Origin: Pseudogymnoascus verrucosus
Lineage: Eukaryota
Reading direction: 5' to 3' (one strand)
Assembly: GCA_001662655.1 (NCBI GenBank)
Contig: KV460218.1
Length of the DNA stretch: 64,000 nucleotides
Shown here: positions 11,809-23,934 of the stretch, in pieces
How positions within the stretch are numbered: the first letter of the stretch is position 1
Layout of the letters: each line of letters begins with the position of its first letter
Made by a program: the position numbers and the translations under genes
The notes under the pieces: model-generated
What the model saw: the letters and a program-made list of their open reading frames with translations, nothing else
What the model was told of the DNA's origin: nothing
Database searches by the model: none

Positions 11809-13822
11809 ATGTCCTCAAGCAAGAGCGACAAGACGGCCGACAAGAACGTCAACGGCAACAGCCACTTTCCGACTAAACTCAAGAACTTCTTTCGCATCAA
11901 TTCGCTGGGGTCTGACAAGACCGAAGGCGTCAAAGATGCCCCGAAGCAGGAAGGCAAGAGTTTCCGCCAGTCCAAGTTCTTCAGCGGACGCAATCGATCA
12001 GCGACCGTTGCGAGCGAGGGCCACCCGCTGGACGATGGCGTCAGCCCCACAGCCCATGCGAACCCTTACTTTCAACACCAGGGCATGCCAAACTTCAGAC
12101 ATCACAATGAGGGATCCGTACCGAGTAGTCCGACTGGCACGCCTGCGTTACACATAAGTGCTGCATCGGGAGCGAACGATCAGGCCACAGCTGCGGGGAA
12201 AGAGGAGTTGGCGAGGAAATTGAGGAGGGTTGCCAGTGCGCCGAATGCGCAGGGACTGTTCTCAAAAGGCAAGGGGAGTGCAGAGAGGCCGAATACAGCG
12301 GAGTTGGGCAAGGAGCCGATTCACGGACTGGGAATTGAGGGTAAATCGGCTGTCAATCTTGCCGTACCGGGTGCCGATGAGCTGGGGGAGTTGCAGCCAC
12401 CAAGGGCTCCGGCTGCTTTCAGGAGGACGTATAGTTCCAACTCGATCAAGGTGCGGGATGTGGAGGTTTCACCGAGCAGTTTCGATAAAATCAAATTGAT
12501 TGGGAAAGGAGATGTGGGGAAGGTTTACCTGGTGAGGGAGAAGAAGAGCTCGAGACTCTATGCGATGAAGGGTATGTGCCTCTATATGATCGATCTGATA
12601 CACTTCTAACACCTGGCAGTCTTGAGCAAGAAGGAAATGATCAAGAGGAATAAGATCAAGAGAGCTCTTGCCGAGCAAGAGATTCTTGCAACGAGCAACC
12701 ATCCGTTTATCGTCACGCTATACCATTCTTTCCAGTCCGAGGATCACTTATACTTGTGCATGGAATATTGCAGTGGTGGAGAGTTCTTTAGAGCATTACA
12801 GACCCGCCCTGGAAAGTGTATACCAGAAGATGATGCCAGGTTTTATGCTGCAGAAGTTACAGCTGCGTTGGAGTACCTACATCTGATGGGCTTCATCTAC
12901 AGAGATCTGAAGCCAGAAAGTAAGCATTTCATCTACAGTTAAACGCGAGAGCTATATTAACCAATTACAGACATCTTGCTGCATCAGTCAGGCCACATTA
13001 TGTTGTCAGATTTCGATCTATCAAAACAGTCGGACCCAGGAGGAAAACCGACTATGATTATTGGCCGTAACGGAACCAACACGAACTCCCTACCGACCAT
13101 CGACACGAAATCCTGCATCGCGAATTTCCGAACTAACTCCTTTGTCGGCACCGAAGAGTACATAGCCCCCGAAGTCATCAAGGGATGCGGCCACACCAGC
13201 GCCGTCGACTGGTGGACCCTCGGCATCCTCGTTTACGAGATGTTATACGGCACCACGCCCTTCAAGGGCAAGAACCGCAACGCAACCTTCGCCAACATCC
13301 TGCGCGACGACGTCCCCTTCCCTGAAGGGTCCGGAAACCCCCAAATTTCCAAGTAAGTCCCTAATCCACCCCTTCCTACCTTCTACAACAATCCAACTAA
13401 CCCCCCACCCCAGCCTCTGCAAATCCCTCATCCGCAAGCTCCTCATCAAAGACGAGAACCGCCGTCTCGGCGCCCGCGCCGGCGCCTCAGACGTCAAAAC
13501 CCACCCCTTCTTCCGCACCACGCAATGGGCTCTTATCCGTCACATGAAGCCCCCCATGATCCCGCACCAAGGGCGCGCGATCGACACCGTCAACTTCCGC
13601 AACGTCAAGGAATCCGAGAGCGTCGATATCACAGGACGCAATCAGGATGCGCTGGGCGCGAATGGGCTGCCGAAGGGCGTGCCCCTTGATTCCGGACTGT
13701 CGACGCCGGGCAAGGATGTCGTGGATCCGTTTGAGGAGTTTAATAGCGTTACGCTGCATCATGATGAGGAGGTTGGGCAGCATGTAGATTTGAATAACGG
13801 GAGATATGATGGGAGGGACTAG
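11809..13822 (+). CDS. nrc-2: AGC-family Ser/Thr protein kinase, nrc-2/KIN82/FPK1 type
   Basis: Exons 11809 (or ATG 11731)-12571, 12620-12919, 12971-13352, 13414-13822. Motifs [28 protein letters not shown] (DFD variant of this subfamily), [13 protein letters not shown], plus LRRVASAPN and DPFEEF. Confidence 0.93.
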
Positions 13823-15459
13823 AAACTCGCATCTTTTGTCTGCTTCGACTAGATTGCAGTTGTAGGGCCCTTGGACCCTGCTACTACTACTACGATTATC
13901 CACCGACCTTCTGGGGGTTGCCGCACGCCCTGGGAGCCCTTCCGGATGACACAGGAGCACATTTCCAATGCCTGCCCCCTCACCACCACCACCCAGGGCA
14001 CCAGCACCCCCTACATTCACTCCTTTCTCGCGTCATTTGGCATCATTCGATTTTATCACCCGGACCGGCGTCTCTCAATGGAATTAGACATCGCGTCGGT
14101 CATTTCTCTCCCTCTCACTCCTTCTCACTCCCTTACAATTTGTATTTTGGCGCGCAAAGGCCCGGGCTTGGTTTGGTGATTTCTTTTTTTTTTGTGTCTT
14201 GTTGCATTATGGCGTTTTTTTTGTATTTGTTTTTTTGAGGGGGCGTGGCTTTGGTGGTTTTTTTCGTTGAGGATTGGGGGGGTTTGTTTGCGCTGTGCGG
14301 TTTTCTTGCGCGTGGTTTTTTGGTGGTGCTTGGTGGGTGGGGGGTGGGGGGTGGCTTGTCTGAGTAGATAGGCGGGTGAGGGGGAAGTTGGGGGGTGAAA
14401 AGTTGAGAGAGAAAGGGAAGGGGAGGGGATGAGAGGTGGGATGAGAGATGTGAATGTGGATGCGTTATGATGAGAACGATCGGAGAGGGAGTTAGCTAGG
14501 TTGAGGGTTGTCAGATGAAGAATGAATAGATATGATTTGACTCTGTATGCGATGGTTTATGATGTGTATCTGTCAGGGGTGCGGTTGTTGGCTCAACCTA
14601 TGTTGATAGACTCCTTCCTGGCTGGGGTTTCTTCTGGTGAATGGTGTTTGCATCTGCTAACGAGTGCATTTTCTACTATATAAAACAGACTTACGATGTC
14701 AAACAAGGGTCTTACTACGATAACGTGTCATGGACCACAGATCCGCTTATTACAGCCATTATAAGCTTCCTCGGCGCTGGTGGTGGTGCCCATTATCCAC
14801 AGGCATCAATCCCATCTTTGGGATGATCCCCTTTCTTTGTAGGCATGGACTATATTGGTCCAATATTTCCACCCTCGGAGACGGAAAATTGATGCCGATA
14901 AGTTGCGATACTACTATTCATTGGTTGAACGGCAGCAGCAGCGAGCGGTAGCAGGAACAAGCGACAGCAAGAACGATGCGGTGACGAGAAGTCCACAGTC
15001 GTGAGAATGTAAACCGACAGTGACCGAACTCCTTGTAATGCGAGCTAACCCCCAACCCAACACCCCACCCCCCCGCCTCTTCAGGCCCTCACTATACGTT
15101 GGTCCAGGACCGTGTCTACGGAGTAGAAAAAGTTTGGTGGATGGAGTTGGGAACTGGTTGGGGTGGTAGTAGACGCTTATATAGGGATATAATCGGAAGC
15201 TGGAAATCAGTAAGAGTATTAGAGGTTTATATCGGAGCCACCCTGGGTGGAAAGTGTAGCTGGTTGATTGGGTCCCATGGCTCTGAAGAACTTAAACTGC
15301 CGATAGCTGTTCTATTCTGGTTATACTGTGCTTCAATGAGGAAGGGCTATTATAGTTCTATCATTATTAAACAAGCCTTGGAGAGATATCAGTAGCTACG
15401 ATGAGTCCCGAAGTCCTGTCACCTCAACCCAACGCATCCAGCCCTGAATGCCCTGTATA

Positions 15460-17281
15460 TCACTTCGCCGCCGCAGGTCCCGTAGGAGCCGCAGGAGCAG
15501 CAGAGGCACTCGCCGCCGCCGAACCCTCCGCCGCTGACCCACCCCCACCCCCTCCTCCTCCACCACCACCACCACCCCCCCTCCCTCCCCGTCCTCTCCT
15601 CACACTCCTCCCGCCACCCGCACCTCCACCCCTCCCACCTCCACCACCACCACCACCAAACCCACCCCTCGCCCCCGCCGCCGGCGCCTCCCTCGCAGGT
15701 TTCGTATCCTTCCTCTCGAGCACCACCACCGTCCCCTGCGCAATCTTGGTCGGGTTCGCCGCGACCGCCTTCCGCAACCCCTCCGTATCCGCAAAATCCA
15801 CATACGCAAACCCCTTCCGCTTATCGATCTCGACGTTCGTCACTGCCCCGAAAACGGTCATGGCTTCGCGGAGGAGCGGCTCTGTGACCCCTTGCGAGGG
15901 GTTGGCGTGCTTGACGAAGGCGCGGGTGGCGCCTGCGGTCGGGACGGGGGAGGGCGCTGGTTTGCGGCCTGAGGGGGCGCTGGGGGGTTTAGCTTGTGAT
16001 GCTGAGGCGGGTTGGCGAGATGTTGATGCGGGTGCCGATGTACCAGCTGTCGGTTTTGGTGAAGCTGAAGGTGCTGGTGCTGCGGCTACGGGCTCGACTG
16101 GCTTCTTCAAGAGTGTGATCGCTGGAGGTGCCTCCTTCGCCTTGTTATTCTCCGCGCGTCCTTTACCCTTGCCGCCTCCGCCGGCATTTGATGGTCCGGC
16201 CTTTGGTCCTTGTGGCGCGGATGCGGCTGCTGCTTCGCTCTTTGCGGCTGCCCCGGCTTCGACCTTGGCGCGGCGATGTGCGTTCACTGGGCTTAGACCG
16301 AGGTCACGCTGTAATATGCGTGCTGCTGCGGCGATGCTTCCTCTTTCGCGAGTCGCTGCGCGGGGGTTCTTTAGCGCCTCGGTTGGTGCTGCGTTGGCTG
16401 GTTGAGCTTGCACCCCTGTAGTCTTTGATGCTTCCCTGTTGAGGACCCTGACTGCCTCTCGGGCGGCCTTCTCAACGAGTCTCTCTCTCTTCCCATCTTT
16501 GGGGGTCTTCTTGTGAGGTTCATCGGCAGCACCTTCTTTTGATTTTGATTTGCCGGACGCAGAGGCAGCCTGGGATTCCAGACGGCTCTGCTTTGCGGCT
16601 TTGGCGGCGGCTGCTTCTTTGCTCTTATTCGCCTTCTTATCTTTGAGGTATTGTACCAGGGGGGTTGTGGTTACTTTCTCTCCCTTCGTAGATGGCTCGG
16701 TATCCTCTTCCTTGGTGGATGTTGGGTTGGCCAGGCTCTCGAGAAAGTCCATGAATTCTGGATCGAGGTCAATCGTGCCTTGACGTGCATCGGTGCGGCG
16801 TTTTCCACTTGGGATGCGGGCGTAGGGTGTATATTCGAGGGAGGCGGGGCCAAGGAGGCATGGGTTCGTGAAAGTTTTTGCCGCGTCTTCGAAGGTGAGC
16901 TGGCGAACATGGTTCGACAGTTGAGTCAGGTATGGCTCGTTGACGAGATGCAGGTAGGCGCGGGACGGACGAGATGCTTTGGAAGGGCTGTGGTCGTTAG
17001 TATGGGGATTTCATTACATATCAGCCTCAATAGTAGGGCGCATACTCTGTTGAAACCTTCCCAGGCTTGTAAGAGAACCAATCCACTCTCCCTGCTCCAA
17101 CCTTCCACTCATCGCCAATTATCTTTATGAACTCTGCCTCGGTGAGGGCAGGCGCAAGTCGTCTCACAACTACTTTCAACGACGGGCCTGCCCTGTTCTG
17201 TGAGGCTTTCGACATTTTTGGTGCTGTCTGTGAAGCTGGTATGGGCAGTACGCCGTTTGTCTGAGCCCGAGAAGAAGCCAT
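15460..17281 (-). CDS. UPF3: Nonsense-mediated decay factor UPF3 (Smg4/UPF3 domain, C-terminal RRM-like segment and Gly/Arg tail)
   Basis: Exons 17281-17046 and 16987-15460 (intron 16988-17045). KVVVRRLAPALTEAEF..FSYKPGKVS-DPSKASRPSRAYL..EYTPY..DARQGTIDLDPEFMDFLESL..TTPLVQYLK. Confidence 0.9.
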
Positions 17282-17588
17282 CTCGAAGTTGTTTGAGTGC
17301 GTACACTTATTGTGATTGTTCAGTGTTGCGGATTCGGATTTCGTCCAAAGGCGTGTGTTATCGCCGGTGGTCTGTGCAGCACCACAATCAGTAACTCCAC
17401 TCCGTTTCGCTGTGGTGGGGTGGTGATTGTGGTACATCGACCAAGGAATTGTAAGCGACGAAGCGCGAGTAGCGCTCTCGGATTGCGCGCGTGCAGATCC
17501 ACATCAACAGCACCTCTGTGAGCTTGTTGATATCACTCCACGAGTTCACGCTCAGCAAATCCCTGACACACTTACAATTACTCTCAAC

Positions 17589-18948
17589 ATGGCGCCTGGA
17601 GTTCCAAAGCCAGGCCCGGCCAAACTTGGCCCCCGTGCTGGACTGGATGAGTGGCTGGAGCAAGCCAAGCTATGTCGATACCTCCCAGAGGGTGCCATGA
17701 AGCAGCTCTGTGAGATGGTGAAGGAGTGCCTTATGGAGGGTATGTTTGATTCAGATATATGGCTATTTGGTCGCTGACAATTTCACGCAGAATCTAACAT
17801 CCAACCCGTTCGTACGCCTGTCACAATCTGTGGCGATATCCACGGACAGTTTTACGACCTTCTCGAGCTCTTCCGAGTCGCTGGTGGTATGCCAGGGGAG
17901 ACAAATGTACAAGCCCCCACAACTATTATCACCTCTGACGATATTGAACCTCCGACCACTATCGGCGGCGATAAAATTGGCAGTGACAGCGGTATTGGGA
18001 GCAGCGTTGGAAGTGGTGCAGAGGATGATGTTGAGGAGCAGCCAAGGGGTCGACCCCGTACCGCCGGAAGCACTCGTTCTGGAGCAAGTTCAGCTGCTCA
18101 TTCGGCCAACACCAACGAAGTTACCGGCACAGGAAAGCAGAACTTTGTGTTCCTTGGCGACTTTGTTGACCGTGGTTATTTCTCTTTGGAGACCCTTACT
18201 CTCCTTATGTGCTTGAAAGCCAAGTAAGTACTTCGCGGGAGCCCTGAACTGACGCAATGCTGATTATCACAGATACCCCGACCGCATTACCCTTGTCCGC
18301 GGCAACCACGAGTCTCGTCAAATTACACAAGTCTACGGTTTCTATGAGGAGTGCCAACAAAAGTATGGCAATGCGTCCGTCTGGAAGGCTTGCTGTCAAG
18401 TTTTTGACTTCCTTATCCTTGCGGCTATCGTCGACGGAGCCGTTCTGTGTGTTCACGGAGGTCTAAGTCCAGAAATCCGCACTCTCGATCAAATCCGCGT
18501 CGTCGCCCGTGCCCAGGAAATCCCTCACGAGGGTGCGTTCTGTGACCTAGTATGGAGTGATCCAGAAGATGTGGAAACCTGGGCCATTTCTCCCCGTGGA
18601 GCTGGATGGCTATTTGGAGACAAGGTCGCAACCGAGTTCAACCAGGTCAATGGACTTAAGCTCATTGCCCGTGCCCATCAGCTTGTAAACGAGGGCTATA
18701 AGGTATGATAAGACAGTCTTTAACAGGAACGTGAACGAAATTCTAACGGCGTGCAGTACCATTTCCCGCAGAAGTCTGTTGTTACCGTCTGGTCTGCTCC
18801 AAATTACTGCTACCGCTGCGGTAATGTCGCCTCCATCATGAATGTGGGAGAGGACCTCGATCCCAAGTTTTCCATCTTCTCGGCCGTCCCTGAGGACCAA
18901 CGAGCTGTCCCTGCAGGTCGCCGCGGCGCTGGCGAATACTTCCTCTAA
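17589..18948 (+). CDS. SIT4: PP2A-like Ser/Thr phosphatase catalytic subunit, SIT4/ppe1/PP6 type
   Basis: Exons 17589-17739, 17791-18223, 18273-18702, 18757-18948. PPP motifs GDIHGQ, GDFVDRG, RGNHE, SAPNYC and C-terminal YFL; N-terminus [24 protein letters not shown] fits the SIT4 clade. Confidence 0.93.
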
Positions 18949-19431
18949 ACTACAACTGTTATTTACGTCACCAGGAGCGTTCTGGTCGACGATCAAACCC
19001 TTAGTTTTTGGAGTTTGTCCCTGCATACTGGCGTTTGGGCTTGGCATATGGCATGTGGTTGAGAAATACCCTGTATGAGTATAAATGGCGTTAGTGTTCC
19101 AGACTTTTCAGACATATCGAGAAGAGAACCCAATAAGGTTCATGCTGGAAACGGATATGAAATGTATGCATATATGATCATAAAGGAATATAGTTTTTTA
19201 CGTTTTTTAATCCAAGATGGCCAATCCAGGTTATAACTCTCTCTAACGTGAAATTTAAATGTAGATTAGCCATTCATTGGATGGCTACCAAATTGTAGAA
19301 TAATCGGTTGCTGTCCATTTGTTCTCACTTCATTGTCATTGAAACATGTAGGATTCTCTTTGGACATTAGACATCATAATTACAAGTACGTCGCATAAAT
19401 TATACAGTTCCTTCCATCTCCCAGGCCAGCA

Positions 19432-20188
19432 TCAGTTAGCTATCCTGAATTTCTGTGGTATATTCTCCAGCACAATGGATTGGCTATCCAACTTCGCTAT
19501 CCGATCAGCCTCTGCATCCATCTCGTCATGCTTCTTGAAATGCGCAATATCCTCCGGATGCGTCAGGTCTTCTTCCCTAGTATTCTCGTCATGATATCTG
19601 TACTCGTCAGTCTCTTTTCCCACCATCTAGCTGCGTCGCTCCCAAAAATGGTATAAACTTACTTCTCCCAATGATGTATCTCATACTCGTACTCATCATC
19701 CCCATGGTGTCCCGGCCCCATCCCAAAATCGGGAAGCTTCCCCCCACCTGCGACAAACGCCATCCACTCCTCTTTCGTCACTTGCCCGTCCTGGTTTCGG
19801 TCCAGAAGGCTTAACACCTGGCGGATCACGCCGTCCTTGCGGTCTTTCTCGATGTGGTTGGTGCTCTCGTGCTTGAGCCCATACGTCGTGTATATCTCGT
19901 CGAAGTCCCAGTACCCGTTGTCGTCGAAATCGTGTAGTTGGAAGAAGGCGCCGCCGTCGAAGTTGGAGATATGATGCTCATCTGGAAGAGGTGTAAGTAT
20001 GGGCTGTAGAATGGGTGCTGGGGGCGGGAGGCTGTAGTGGGGGGAGTCCGGGCGCAAGGGAACTTACCAGCCAAATGCTGCGTCGCCCAATCGGCCTGCT
20101 GCTCATCGTGCGCGCCATGTGCGTAGGCACTTTGTGAGAGAAGAAGTAAAGGCCCCAACAGGGAGAGGAGAAAGCGTCCTGGAGCCAT
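19432..20188 (-). CDS. SSP120: Secretory-pathway EF-hand protein Ssp120
   Basis: Exons 20188-20068, 19981-19663, 19597-19432. Signal peptide, two EF-hands (DFDDNGYWDFDE; DRNQDGQVTKEE), GPGHHGDDEYEYEIHHWEKYH, HPEDIAHFKKH, NIPQKF. Confidence 0.9.
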
Positions 20189-20596
20189 GGCCTAGAAACC
20201 CTGAGGCGAATCTGAGAAGTGTCGTTATGACGAAACGGTGTCCTTTGAAAGCAGTGCGATGAAGCAACTGATGCAATTGATTGACTCTAGTTCGTATATT
20301 CGTTATTCTTTGTTGATCAACGGGTCTTATGTACACCTCAACAGAGCATCTTCATATCAATAACAAAATACGGCTTATTCTAGAATCGCGCTGTCCTTTC
20401 AGGTTGTTCCTGGATCGGTCTCGGCCCGCCGTTGAACCCCTAATGTAGACTAGGCTAGCCTTGCGGGATCGACGTGGATCGCGGTTTGGTATCACCACCA
20501 GCCTCACCATTTCCACAGCAATTCCTTTGATATTTAGTTAATTATTACCCATAATACTCTATCCTTCGCCCACTAGATCACAAATACCAATCTGAA

Positions 20597-21790
20597 ATGA
20601 ACCGCTCCATCGAACAATCCCTCACATCTCTCCTCCCCCGCCTCACAACCGACCTCCCCTCAGACCTTATCAACCTTGCCTCCTCCCTCGTCGCGCAATC
20701 CCGAAGTGTAGCCAGCAACCTCAAGCAAGATGAAGAAATAGGCCGCGCCTACGTCTGCGCTCACATTGCCTGCGAGCGCCTCAAATCCACTCTCAACCTT
20801 CCTCTAATCGAGCCACGCCCTCCCGTCCCCCCACGCGTCTACACAAAGCTCTACACCTACCTCTCCTCCGCCCTCGTGGCGCGCCCCCAGCGAACACCCA
20901 AGAAAGTCCAGCGCCTCGAAGATGCGCAACTACCACCCTCCAATACCAAAACACCCACGCGACGGAAGTCCAACCCCACCTCGACGACCCCGGCAGGCCT
21001 CCCGCTGCCCAGCCGCCCAACGCCCTCAAAAGAGCGCTCGCTAGCCGCGTTTCGCCCGCAGAACAAGAGTCGCAAGTCGGAGCTGTCACATGGAGGGCGT
21101 GGTCGCGAGATAGCGGCGTGGATACGGCCTGTGGTGAGGGGGTTGTGCGCGAAGATGGAAGCGAGGGGCGCGATTGCGCATGTGCTTGCGGGTGTGGGGA
21201 GTGTGTTGACGCTGCCGACGCCGAAGCCAGAAAAAGGGGAAGCGAAGGAGAAGGAGAAGGTTCCGGCACTGGTGGCGGCGGTATATGTCTTGGTGCATAC
21301 TAGGTTGACTGGGAAAGAGGTTAATGGGAAGGAGTATGTGGCTCTACGGCGAGGTATTCTTGCTACGTTGAAGGCTTTGAGGGCAGATGAAGAGGTGGTG
21401 GGGAAGGTTGAGAAGGAAGAACCGGGCGAGAAAGGATGGGAGGGGTGGACAGATATTGTGGGGAAGGATGTGGATGCTTGGCTTATGCAGTTAAGCTCGA
21501 AGGGGTGGGTGGGATTGGACTGGTTTGAGAATATCGAGAGCGGCTCTGGCATCGAAGGACCAGAAGCACGTGATGAGCCGATGGATGATGCGGAAGACGA
21601 GGACGCCGATGGAGACGATAATGGAGAAGAGGATTCGATTATGGGGCTAGGAACTATGATGCAGGAACGCGTGGATTACCTGAGCACCAGGAAGAGAGAA
21701 GAATATCAGATCTGGAAAGACGGGATATTAGAGAAAATAGAAAGGATCGAGAGGGCAGAGGCTGGGGCGGATGATATGGATACGACTTAG
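20597..21790 (+). CDS. ORC6: Origin recognition complex subunit 6
   Basis: Intronless 397-aa ORF; LKQDEEIGRAYVCAHIACERL..PPVPPRVYTKLY and C-terminal GLGTMMQERVDYLS..EYQIWK, typical of fungal Orc6. Confidence 0.88.
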   Translation: MNRSIEQSLTSLLPRLTTDLPSDLINLASSLVAQSRSVASNLKQDEEIGRAYVCAHIACERLKSTLNLPLIEPRPPVPPRVYTKLYTYLSSALVARPQRTPKKVQRLEDAQLPPSNTKTPTRRKSNPTSTTPAGLPLPSRPTPSKERSLAAFRPQNKSRKSELSHGGRGREIAAWIRPVVRGLCAKMEARGAIAHVLAGVGSVLTLPTPKPEKGEAKEKEKVPALVAAVYVLVHTRLTGKEVNGKEYVALRRGILATLKALRADEEVVGKVEKEEPGEKGWEGWTDIVGKDVDAWLMQLSSKGWVGLDWFENIESGSGIEGPEARDEPMDDAEDEDADGDDNGEEDSIMGLGTMMQERVDYLSTRKREEYQIWKDGILEKIERIERAEAGADDMDTT

Positions 21791-22317
21791 AGTAACGGTA
21801 CTGATACGATTTGGCTTGTCAGAACCAGAAATTGGCAAAGGTGTGTTAATAAATCATTAATACCAAGGTCCACAGCGCTCACCTTTCAATTCTGTCGAGC
21901 TTCATGAATGAGAAAATCTAGCGAGACTAATACACGACTATTATAGTAGGTTCACCATTCGTACCACTCTTATTATCTTCCGATTCTATTTTATTGCAAT
22001 TCTTTGAGTCATATCCCCGCAATGAGCCGAGCGCGTGAAGCATATATCGAAAGTAGTGAGCCTTTAGTCAGGGGCTAAACTCTAGTTCGTCGCCGAAACC
22101 TCACTTATCACATTTAGTCGATGTTAGCCTCCACGCCCACAGGCGCCGGCCTTATGTCAAGATGGCACTTATTAAGAGTAGATACTATCATATTTCTCAC
22201 CTTTATTTTCTTCTTCCTATGTTCTTCTTATTACCGCACATTTTTCGTATTATATCGTTTGGCTGTCAAACGGAAACCGATTTTCTCATATCAAAGGTCT
22301 CATAAACACCAGCAAAA

Positions 22318-23622
22318 ATGCGAGTCTCAACTCTCTGCCGTAGCGTGCCTCTCCTCGCCCTCGCACTTGCCTCAGCGACCAAAGCCGCCCACGACGCCAT
22401 CGCGCAACCCTACCCAGCAGCCGAAGACGTAGGCAACTCTGAATCCGGTAATATTACCACAGGCGACGACCTCCCTGCTTCCTCCGGCTATATTCACTAC
22501 CGCATCAACGGCCCCGGCCAGATCGCCGTCATATATACCGAACCAAACTGTCCCCGTCGCCTCGGTGCCCAGCAGCTCTACGTTCCAGGAAACGACACCG
22601 ATACACCACCGGGGCTTCTGACGATCGAATACTGCTCTGCGCGCTGCATGAACCTCCCCGGGGGCGTCCGCGGACAGAGCATCGAGCTCAGTCTTGCAGG
22701 TCCTATCATCATCGGCGAGAGGCCTGACCGCCCATATGCGCGCTTGTATGAGACGACTGACTGCAGGGGCGTCGGGAAAGAGGCGTCGATTCGGAAGGGC
22801 AAGAACTGGGCGTGTACTGATATCGAGGATGGCTTTTGGAACCCCGCCCGTGAAGGAGGCTTCGACAGCTTCATGGTCTGGGAAGGGTGCAAATACCTAG
22901 AGACGGAGGAGCAGAAGGAGGAGAAACGGAGGAATGGGAGGTTGAGGAAGGAGAGGGAGAGGGCTAAGGCGGATATTGAGAAGACTAGATGGGAAGCTGT
23001 TGACAAGGAGCGCAAAATCCAAAAGGAGGAGGGAAAGATGGAGAGGAAGTTAGAGAAGCAGCTTCAGAAAGAGAGGTTGAAGCAATGGGAGAAGGAGCAG
23101 AAGGAGAGGAAGAAGCAAGACAAGCTAGATGAGAAGCAGAAGGAACGCAAAGAGATGCTGCGTGGGAAACATCGCAAGGCTGCTTGGGATGCTCGAAAGG
23201 CGCAGCGCAAGAAGGATATGAAGATTCAGTTTGAGGAGTGGAGACAGGACCGGCTTATGGAGTTGAAGGAGGATGGGGCGAGAGAGAGAGCAGAGCGCAA
23301 GGCTCAGCGCCAGAGGGACAAAGAGGATCGCCAGGCGGAGCTGCTCGAGATGGAGAAGCAGTGGGAACAAAATCGCAGGGATAAAATTGTTCAAGATGAC
23401 AAGGAGTGGGAGGAACAGCTAGCCAATGAGGCCATTGAGATGGCGAGGGATAAGGAAGAAGAGGAGATGCTGGAAGTGGCTGAGGTTGCGGCCGACGAAG
23501 AAAAATGGGCCAATAAGAATAGAAAACGGGGCGTCAAAGGGGTTCGCCTCAATATACCCCCTAGTGGATCATCGATCAGTAAAATCACATGGAAGTGGAT
23601 CGGTGTTGACGGCATCGTTTGA
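22318..23622 (+). CDS. Hypothetical secreted protein: signal peptide, Cys-containing domain, then a ~200-aa highly charged helical region
   Basis: 434-aa intronless ORF (CAAAA ATG); hydrophobic N-terminus VPLLALALASATKA; six Cys in the mature N-domain; E/K/R-rich C-half. Confidence 0.75.
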   Translation: MRVSTLCRSVPLLALALASATKAAHDAIAQPYPAAEDVGNSESGNITTGDDLPASSGYIHYRINGPGQIAVIYTEPNCPRRLGAQQLYVPGNDTDTPPGLLTIEYCSARCMNLPGGVRGQSIELSLAGPIIIGERPDRPYARLYETTDCRGVGKEASIRKGKNWACTDIEDGFWNPAREGGFDSFMVWEGCKYLETEEQKEEKRRNGRLRKERERAKADIEKTRWEAVDKERKIQKEEGKMERKLEKQLQKERLKQWEKEQKERKKQDKLDEKQKERKEMLRGKHRKAAWDARKAQRKKDMKIQFEEWRQDRLMELKEDGARERAERKAQRQRDKEDRQAELLEMEKQWEQNRRDKIVQDDKEWEEQLANEAIEMARDKEEEEMLEVAEVAADEEKWANKNRKRGVKGVRLNIPPSGSSISKITWKWIGVDGIV

Positions 23623-23934
23623 AACTGATAATTTAGATGCATCTGCTTGTTAATTTATTTTGTTTTTGTTTTTTGTCTTTCGCAGCTAGCACCTCTAGAT
23701 CACACGGCAAGCTGGAAAGGAACGGAACTGGTTCTAGGCCAGATGAGTCGCCAACTGCATGCATTTTCAGTCACAAGTTTTGTTATGACTTTGCCTGCAT
23801 GATAGGGATCAGAGTACGGAAGGGCAAAATTCTGTTGTTACTATATTATTATAGACTGCGAAACTTGTAGTCCGTTTTCTTTACTTGCGCAATATACATC
23901 TTTCATGCCATGATTAATGACCAGTCTTCTGCAA

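Noticed and set aside
15401..16405. 334-aa Pro/Ala-rich plus-strand ORF
   Set aside because: Antisense mirror of the Gly/Ala-rich UPF3 C-terminus.
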